A DNA stretch of 64,000 nucleotides from the NCBI GenBank assembly GCA_963789055.1, contig CAWBJE010000005.1, forward strand, positions 123,920 to 187,919. Reading direction: 5' to 3'. A program made the translations under genes and the position numbers. The notes under the pieces were generated by a model that was not told the DNA's origin, made no database searches, and saw only the letters and a program-made list of their open reading frames with translations. This DNA comes from an uncultured Verrucomicrobiae bacterium (lineage in GTDB: Bacteria; Verrucomicrobiota; Verrucomicrobiia; Limisphaerales; UBA11358). This document shows positions 57,717-64,000 of the stretch, one piece after another (position 1 is the first letter of the stretch; the number at the start of each line of letters is the position of its first letter).

Positions 57717-58781
57717 TTATGGCACTTGTGCCGGAGCAACCCCGCGATAAAAGCGACTGGGATAATTCTTCGCATCGGTGTCCACATACGTGAACAACCC
57801 GCTGGCGTCCGTCAGATTGGTGCTCAATGACGTCCAGTTCTGCATGTCAAACGAAGCCTGAAGCACGTAAACCTGGTTGGTACTACCGGACAGCGTAATG
57901 GCCGGATTTCCATCCCCGTCCACCATGATGGACACCGTGCTGGCGTTGGGGATGTTTGGCGGCAGCGGATCGGGGACATTGCCCGAGAAATTGAAGTTGA
58001 TCGGAAATGCGCCGCCCGCACCCACCATCGTCACCGAAATCTGATGGATGCTGCCGTCGGCGTTGGTGCCGCCGTCCACAAAACTGCCCAAATCGAACGA
58101 CACCAGCACGGGCTGCGCACTGCCGCCGTTGATGGTGGGAATGCTCACGCCATACATGTATTGGCTGCCGTTTTCAAGGATCAGGTCCGCATAACCCTTC
58201 GACTTCCCCTTCAAAGGTCGCAGCGCCGGTGTCGGTATTAACGCGGTAAATGTCGGTGTTATCGCTGGTATTGCTCAAATAAAGGTTGCCGTCGGCGTCA
58301 AATCGGATGTTTTGCGGTAGGGGTTGAAAAGGTTGTAGGCATTGCCAAAACTCCCGACAAGCTCGTTTCCCCGGTGGTGGGATCAATCGTGTAAAGCCCA
58401 TCCTGCGGCGCGCCGATGACACTAGGTCCATCCGAACAACGTCCCGTCACTGGGGCGGAATGCAATGGATTCAATCCCGGGTACATTCAGTTTGCGGCGG
58501 GAGTAACGTCTCCGGTTGTTTTGTCGAACGTCACCAGAGAGGCGCCGTTGTTGTAAAGTCCATACAAGGTTCCATCGGGCGCATAGGCAATGTCGTTGTA
58601 AGTCGTCCGCCCAGACGGAAATTTCGGTAAAGCTGCCGTTCATCAGGTTGATGATGCCGAAACGGTTGTTGCCGGTATTGAATTCCACGGCATAAACGTT
58701 GTTTTGCGCCCGCGCCGACATGACGAGGCCGCTGGCCACCAGGAGGGTGCTGGCCCAAAACATCATATTTGACTTTTTCAT
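57717..58781 (-). CDS. Secreted beta-propeller-like protein with C-terminal RFYR domain (several indels)
   Basis: Signal peptide MKKSN...ARAQ; repeats such as IAFRPSDGTLFG and LYTIDPTTG; C-terminus YVLQASFDMQNWTSLSTN...YVDTDAKNYPSRFYR. Confidence 0.7.
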
Positions 58782-59082
58782 AATCTTTTCTCTTTCCACT
58801 CCCAAATTTTCTGTCAGGTCATCTTGCTGAGTTGTTGAACTGCCCCTTATTTAACACACGCCGCCTGAAACGTAATAATTATGGGATACATTGCGTGAAA
58901 TCAGGGGTGGATTGCGCCGGGTATGGGGTGAATTTGTCCCAAAAAAAGACGTTTCTGCATAAACTATGGGCGCAACCAAGATCAAGGATTAAAACCAAGG
59001 CTCCGTTCCTATTTTATCTCAGCGCTGCGAAGTCAGTGGATTGGATGATTTACTTTTGGCGCGGGGCTGGTTGAATGAAATC

Positions 59083-59802
59083 ATGTCCGTAACATTGGCC
59101 GAACTTAAAAAGACCGCCATCACCAATTCCCTGCGGAATTGCCGGCTTTTCACCGGTTTGCCGCAGCCGGACCTGGAAAAAATCGCGGACGTCTCGGTTG
59201 TGAAATCGTTCGGAAAAAACCAGTACCTGTTCCGCGAAGGCGACGCGGCCACCGGCTTTTACATCATCCAGAGCGGCGCGGTGAATGTTCACCGTGTCAA
59301 CGCTGCCGGCAGGGAACAAATCATTCACATCTTCCGCACCGGCGAATCGTTCGCCGAAGCGACGCTGGCCACCCGGGCGGGGTATCCCGCCGACGCGCGC
59401 GCCCTGGAATCCACGCAGGTGTTGCTGGTGCAAAAGGACGGTATGGTGGCGCTGCTCAAACGGCAGCCGGATCTTGGATTGCGCATGCTCGGCGCGATGA
59501 GCGGCCATCTGCGGGCGCTGGTGGGACAGCTGGAAGACCTGACGCTCAAGGACGTGGAAACGCGCCTCGCCAACTGGCTGGTCAAGCGCTGCCCCGATCC
59601 GTCGGGTGAAACGGCGGTCAAAATTGAATTGACGATGACCAAGCGCGTGCTGGCGGCGGAACTGGGCACCGTCAGCGAAACTTTTTCGCGCACGCTCGCC
59701 AAATTTCGCGAACAAAAACTTCTTACCGTCAAGGGCCGGACGGTTACCGTCATTTCCCCGTCCAAATTAAGCGCGCTACTTCGCAGGAATCTGGGGGAAT
59801 AG
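59083..59802 (+). CDS. Crp/Fnr-family transcriptional regulator (Dnr/HcpR-like, no Fnr Cys cluster)
   Basis: LFREGD, GESFAE, cNMP-like beta-roll; HTH LAAELGTVSETFSRTL. Confidence 0.92.
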   Translation: MSVTLAELKKTAITNSLRNCRLFTGLPQPDLEKIADVSVVKSFGKNQYLFREGDAATGFYIIQSGAVNVHRVNAAGREQIIHIFRTGESFAEATLATRAGYPADARALESTQVLLVQKDGMVALLKRQPDLGLRMLGAMSGHLRALVGQLEDLTLKDVETRLANWLVKRCPDPSGETAVKIELTMTKRVLAAELGTVSETFSRTLAKFREQKLLTVKGRTVTVISPSKLSALLRRNLGE

Positions 59803-60000
59803 CGCGTGGCAATGACGAATGACGAAATCATAATGACGAAAGAATGATCAGGCACAAATGACCGGCGCGCAACGATTCGTCATTCGACTGTTCGGGATTA
59901 TTTAGACATTCGGGCTTAGGAATTAGTCACTGTTCCCCAAGCAAGCCTGTATTTATTTAAACAGCCGGATTTCCCGAATCAGCCAAATCTTTGACCGGTG

Positions 60001-60522
60001 CTAATTCTTCCGTTCCCGTTCCCAGAACGAAATCGAGAGTTTCGAGCCCACGTAAGTGATGGGCGCCAGCAGCGCCGCGAGAATCAGCCACTCACGCAAT
60101 CGGTCGTGCCGCAGAAGTTCCGCGCCCAGGATGAGCATCGCCAGCAGCAGCAGGGCCAGGGAAATGCCGCGGTGAAAGCGGCGCAGTTCTGATTCCAGCC
60201 ACGAATCCAGCCGGCTTTCCAAATGGCGCCCGTCGTCGGAGTCGGTGCAATTTTGTTTGATGTGGCAGCAATTGCATTTGTGGGCGGGCGCCCGGTAATG
60301 CGCAATACGCCGTTCGAAATCCGTATGCGTCCGCTCCAGATGATGGCCGGTGGGACATTCCCAAACGTCGAGGTGGCGTTTATAGACAAACCCGGAGTTC
60401 CGGTAATGCTCCGAGCGACGATGCGAATGGCGGGCCAGCCATTCCAGGACCGCCGCCACGCCCACCAGGAAAAGGGCGTAGCCGCTGGCCAGAATGACTT
60501 CGATGTGAACGCCGTGAATCAT
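60001..60522 (-). CDS. Membrane protein with central Cys/His-rich domain, coupled to qNor
   Basis: TM helix, WECPTGH...YRAPAHKCNCCHIKQNCTDSDDGR, two TM helices; ATGA overlap with the norB stop. Confidence 0.8.
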   Translation of the reverse strand: MIHGVHIEVILASGYALFLVGVAAVLEWLARHSHRRSEHYRNSGFVYKRHLDVWECPTGHHLERTHTDFERRIAHYRAPAHKCNCCHIKQNCTDSDDGRHLESRLDSWLESELRRFHRGISLALLLLAMLILGAELLRHDRLREWLILAALLAPITYVGSKLSISFWERERKN

Positions 60523-62807
60523 TGGCCGAATTTTCGTGATTCCTGAATTTCAGTGAACAGTACACCGTCCGGTTCTTCGCGCGGCGTTTGCTTTTTCATG
60601 CGGCTCACGCCAAGCCAGCAGAGGTAAAGAATCGGCAGCGTGCCACCGACAATGAACAGCGCGTCGCCGGGCAACCGCAACCATTCAAGCAGGGAGAGGG
60701 TGTGGCCGGAGATAAATTTCAACGACCGGGCGTCAAAATAACTCACATTCAGCGAGTGATAGAGTTGAATCAATCCGAGTGGAAACAGCGTGGCAAAAAC
60801 CATCCAGGCCAAACCGAGATTCAGTGACCAGAAACTGATTTTCGCCGCGCGATCGCTCCACAGTTTTTCGGGAATCATGTAACGCAGACAAAAGAGCGCG
60901 AGGCCGACCGCCAGCATGCCGTAAACGCCCATCATCGCCGCGTGGGCATGATTGGCCGTGAGCGCGGTGCCGATTTCATAATAGGAAACAATCGGCAGGT
61001 TGATGAGAAAACCGAAGATGCCCGCGCCGAGAAAATTCCAGAAACCGACGGACGCCAGAAACATCACCGCCCAAAAATGCGGAAACGGCGTGCGCGTCTG
61101 CGAGCTTTGTTGCGCGCCGAGCTGGAGGAAGCTCCAGGCTTCGACCGTTAGGAACGTCAGCGGAATCACTTCCGCCGCCGAGAAGAATGCGCCCAGCGCC
61201 ATGTGCAAGGCCGGTTCGCCGGAAAAATACAGATGATGCATCGTGCCGATGACACCGCCCGCCGAATACAGCACCACGTCCAGATAAATCAGGCGCATGG
61301 CCACGCGCTGATGCACCACGCCGAGCAGCACAAAAATATAGGCGACCATGACCGTCGTGAATAATTCGAGAAAATCCTCCACCCACAAATGCACGACCCA
61401 GAACCGCCAGAAATCCGTCGTGGTAAAAGTTGAATCCGTCCGCACGAGCAGCCCGACGGCGTAAAATGCGGGGATGGAAAGCGCGGCAAAGAAAAACAGC
61501 CACGGCATGTTGCCCGCGTATTCGGTCCGCAATTTGTTCCGCAATCCGCGGAACAGAATCACGACCCAGAAAAACAAACCCACCGTCAACAATATTTGCC
61601 AGAAACGGCCCAAATCGAGGAAGGTGAAACCCTGGTTGCCAAACCACGACCAGCCGTTTTGAATCCAGCCGAAGATGCCCGCATATTCACCCGCCATGCT
61701 GCCAAAGACGACCAGCGCCAGCGCGCCAAGCAATAAATAGGAAAGCCGGTTTTGTCCGCGCGGTTCGCGCCCGGTGATCATCGGCACGAGAAAAATGCCC
61801 GCCGCCAGATACGACGTGGCGACCCAGAAAATCGCCAGTTGCAAATGCCAGGTGCGGGCGATGTTGAACGGCAGCACGCGCGCCAGATCGAAGCCAAAAA
61901 AGTTGGAAAGTTCCGCGCGATAGTGTTCTCCGGCGCCGCCCAAAAGCGTCTGCATCAGAAACAGCACCGCCATGACCAGAAAAAATCCCGCGCACGAGCG
62001 TTGTGCCGGTGTGAGCATCACTTCATCCGGCGGACGAAACGAAATGCGCTGTTCCTCGCGGCCGTGCCAGCCGAGAAAATTCCACCGGCCAAAGGCGGCC
62101 AGCAACAGGCCAATGCCACCGAGCAGCGCAATCAGGGAAAGCACGCTCCAAAGCATGGTTTCCGCCGAGGCGTGATTGCCAACCAGTGATTCCGGCGGCC
62201 AGTTGTTCGTGTAGGAATAATTTTTGTGCGGTCGCAAGGCTGACCCCGCCCAGGCCGACCAGCTGAAAAAGGCGGTGAGTTGCCGGATTTGTTCCGGGTC
62301 GGTAATCGCACTGGGACGCAAACCGAATTTCGTGGTGGGCGTTCCAAAAAAATCAGCGTAATAGGCGGTGAGTTTTTGGAAGGCGTCGGTCTGCGCCAAG
62401 CTCCAGGTCAACACGCCCGTCGCACTGTCGTAACGGTTGGTTTTGAAATCGGTGATGGTTTGCTGCCGCGCCGCGTCCGAAGATGAACCGCCGTAGTAAT
62501 CAATCGTCATTTCGGCGGCGCGATGCAAATAATCCGCCGTGAAATCCGGCCCCAGCCACGCGCCGTGACCGAAAATGGAACCATATTCCATCAACCCGTT
62601 TTTGAGGAAAATTTCCTGGCCGGCGATGATGTCCTGGCCGGTGAACAAAACATTTCCGTTGGCGTCCACGACTTTGGCCGGAATCGGCGGCTCGTCAGTG
62701 TAGGTGTAATACGCGAGCAACCCCATCACAAAGAATCCGAAGAGCATGACCAGTACGACCGCCTGAATCCAGCCCTTGGAAATCAACAAACCTTGTTTTT
62801 CATTCAT
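60519..62807 (-). CDS. norB: Quinol-dependent nitric oxide reductase (qNor/NorZ)
   Basis: GSIFGHGAWLGPDFTADYLH, YTNNWP, RTWHLQ, WVVHLWVE, GTMHHLYF, TANHAHAA motifs. Confidence 0.95.
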   Translation of the reverse strand: MNEKQGLLISKGWIQAVVLVMLFGFFVMGLLAYYTYTDEPPIPAKVVDANGNVLFTGQDIIAGQEIFLKNGLMEYGSIFGHGAWLGPDFTADYLHRAAEMTIDYYGGSSSDAARQQTITDFKTNRYDSATGVLTWSLAQTDAFQKLTAYYADFFGTPTTKFGLRPSAITDPEQIRQLTAFFSWSAWAGSALRPHKNYSYTNNWPPESLVGNHASAETMLWSVLSLIALLGGIGLLLAAFGRWNFLGWHGREEQRISFRPPDEVMLTPAQRSCAGFFLVMAVLFLMQTLLGGAGEHYRAELSNFFGFDLARVLPFNIARTWHLQLAIFWVATSYLAAGIFLVPMITGREPRGQNRLSYLLLGALALVVFGSMAGEYAGIFGWIQNGWSWFGNQGFTFLDLGRFWQILLTVGLFFWVVILFRGLRNKLRTEYAGNMPWLFFFAALSIPAFYAVGLLVRTDSTFTTTDFWRFWVVHLWVEDFLELFTTVMVAYIFVLLGVVHQRVAMRLIYLDVVLYSAGGVIGTMHHLYFSGEPALHMALGAFFSAAEVIPLTFLTVEAWSFLQLGAQQSSQTRTPFPHFWAVMFLASVGFWNFLGAGIFGFLINLPIVSYYEIGTALTANHAHAAMMGVYGMLAVGLALFCLRYMIPEKLWSDRAAKISFWSLNLGLAWMVFATLFPLGLIQLYHSLNVSYFDARSLKFISGHTLSLLEWLRLPGDALFIVGGTLPILYLCWLGVSRMKKQTPREEPDGVLFTEIQESRKFGQ

Positions 62808-62973
62808 GACACCACCTCACCTGTTTTTATCACCTCACAAAACGCGGATCACCCCATCACCTCCATGGCGAAAAATCCTTTTATCCAGCTATCGCCAGTC
62901 GCATCGGTCGCGGCTTTGACCGGAACAACTTTTCCCAACCCAACCAGTGCGACAAGTTTATAGTGTGAATTAT

Positions 62974-62987
62974 TTGACCTGTGTCAA
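62974..62987. promoter_or_regulatory. FNR/Dnr-type box upstream of norB
   Basis: TTGAC-CTGT-GTCAA palindrome. Confidence 0.8.
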
Positions 62988-63092
62988 GAAACTTGGAAGG
63001 AAGCGCTCCGTCGCTTCCCTGATTCGGGGCACTGACGGAGCAGTGCCCCCCAGGAACAGCCCTCTACGGTTCGTCAGCTTTTTTTATCGGAT

Positions 63093-63106
63093 TTGATTTA
63101 AGTCAA
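63093..63106 (+). promoter_or_regulatory. FNR/Dnr-type box of the cupin-ygbA promoter
   Basis: TTGAT-TTAA-GTCAA; TATATT -10-like hexamer at 63129-63134. Confidence 0.8.
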
Positions 63107-63140
63107 AAGTCTGGAACAGTGTTCGAATTATATTTTCTGT

Positions 63141-63497
63141 GTGAGTGAGAAACCGTTGATTGAATTTGGACGCGAAAAAATCCTGGCGCTGGCGCAGGAA
63201 ACCCAGTTCGTGCCCAATGGCATCGTGAGCCGGACGCTGTTGCGCACCGGCAATGCGCGCGTGGTGCTGTTCGGCTTCGCCGAAGGCCAGGAATTGACCG
63301 AGCACACTTCCACGCAACACGCATTGATCGAGATTTTGACCGGAGAATGTGAATTTTATCTCGCCGGCAAGCCGCACACGTTGAAAGCCGGCGACCTGCT
63401 GTACATGCCGCCGGGCCTGGCACACGCCGTCCAGGCCACCAAACAATTCTCGATGCTGCTCACGCTGTTCAAGCCGGAGCAACCTGACAAAACGTGA
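63141..63497 (+). CDS. Cupin-domain protein
   Basis: IVSRTL...VVLFGFAEGQELTEHTS...MPPGLAHAVQA...FSMLLT. Confidence 0.9.
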   Translation: MSEKPLIEFGREKILALAQETQFVPNGIVSRTLLRTGNARVVLFGFAEGQELTEHTSTQHALIEILTGECEFYLAGKPHTLKAGDLLYMPPGLAHAVQATKQFSMLLTLFKPEQPDKT

Positions 63498-63967
63498 ATG
63501 ACGTGGAATTTCAATTGCCTCCGACCATCGCCGCCAGCCGGCGCCTGGTGCGGGAGTGGAAGACCGTGGCCGCCATGGTCCGATGCTATTGCCGCGATCA
63601 TCATGCGTCCGCGGCGGATTTCTGTCCGGAATGCGCCGGCCTGTTGGAGTACGCCACGGTGCGGCTGGACCGTTGCCGGTTCGGGGCGGAGAAACCCACC
63701 TGCGCCAATTGCCCGGTGCATTGTTATCAGCGCGACCGGCGCGACCAGATGAAAATCGTCATGCGTTACGCCGGTCCGCGCATGTTCTGGCAGCATCCGA
63801 TTCTGAGTTTGCGCCACTGGCTGGACGGTTTCCGCAAGGCGCCGCCGCCATTGGATGAACGCTTCTTTTCCTGTAGGAGACGAGGTGACGAGTCTCAAAT
63901 TATTTTCCCAAACAGCCTTGAGTCAGAGCCTCCTCACGTCGGCTCCTACGAATTTAACAAATTATGA
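63494..63967 (+). CDS. ygbA: YgbA-like (nitrosative-stress-associated) Cys-rich protein
   Basis: TVAAMVRCYC..HH...CPEC..LLEYA..RLDRC.FGAEKPTCANCPVHCY...VMRYAGPRM...HP. Confidence 0.85.
   Translation: MNDVEFQLPPTIAASRRLVREWKTVAAMVRCYCRDHHASAADFCPECAGLLEYATVRLDRCRFGAEKPTCANCPVHCYQRDRRDQMKIVMRYAGPRMFWQHPILSLRHWLDGFRKAPPPLDERFFSCRRRGDESQIIFPNSLESEPPHVGSYEFNKL
63873..63949. repeat. GTAG-type REP doublet within the ygbA 3' end
   Basis: GTAGGAGACGAGGTGACGAGTCTC...GAGCCTCCTCACGTCGGCTCCTAC. Confidence 0.8.
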
Positions 63968-64000
63968 ACACAACCATATTCACCGCCCTTGCCGAACAAC
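63964..64000 (+). CDS. Start of the next operon gene (truncated by window edge)
   Basis: ATGA overlap; reads MNTTIFTALAEQ. Confidence 0.45.
   Translation, partial: MNTTIFTALAEQ

Noticed and set aside
60519-62807. Possible NO dismutase (Nod)
   Set aside because: The canonical HH ligand pair (GTMHHLYF) and HLWVE are retained; the His substitutions described for Nod are absent.

Overview
A 64-kb, GC-rich bacterial chromosomal segment. Gene content and protein style point to Verrucomicrobiota, probably Pedosphaerales/Limisphaerales (inference). Many genes, including essential ones such as hisS and pyrK, are split by single-base indels, which fits uncorrected long-read errors rather than true pseudogenes. 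Housekeeping genes include panB, hldA, thiG, a His6-type hisA, rpsP-khpA-trmD-rplS, hisS, HU, shc, pyrK-pyrD, a dapF-like gene, 2-oxoacid dehydrogenase E1a/E1b/E2 and skp. Accessory content: two tandem TMTC-like GT-C/TPR genes; two phosphorelay clusters with no DNA-binding output; a small defence patch (Phd/RelE-type toxin-antitoxin pair, an AIPR gene split by an IS4-family element with a 9-bp target-site duplication (TSD), and a macro-domain gene); a second IS4 (IS50-like) element inserted in a REP hairpin; and a nitric-oxide island (Crp/Fnr regulator, two FNR-type boxes, qNor, a Cys-rich partner, cupin, YgbA). The most unusual signals are: (1) a dense set of nested miniature repeats (GTAG-REP doublets, an IS1-like MITE with an 8-bp TSD, a 30-bp mini-element, inverted 6-9-mer microsatellites), several of them translated in-frame inside proteins; (2) a diverged stub of the hisS 5' end flanking chrA; (3) a DapF with Ser at both catalytic Cys positions; (4) Thr-Asn enrichment and a shared C-terminal 'R(F/Y)YR' domain in exported proteins, in a window that also encodes TMTC-like glycosyltransferases. 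No rRNA, tRNA or CRISPR array was recognised.
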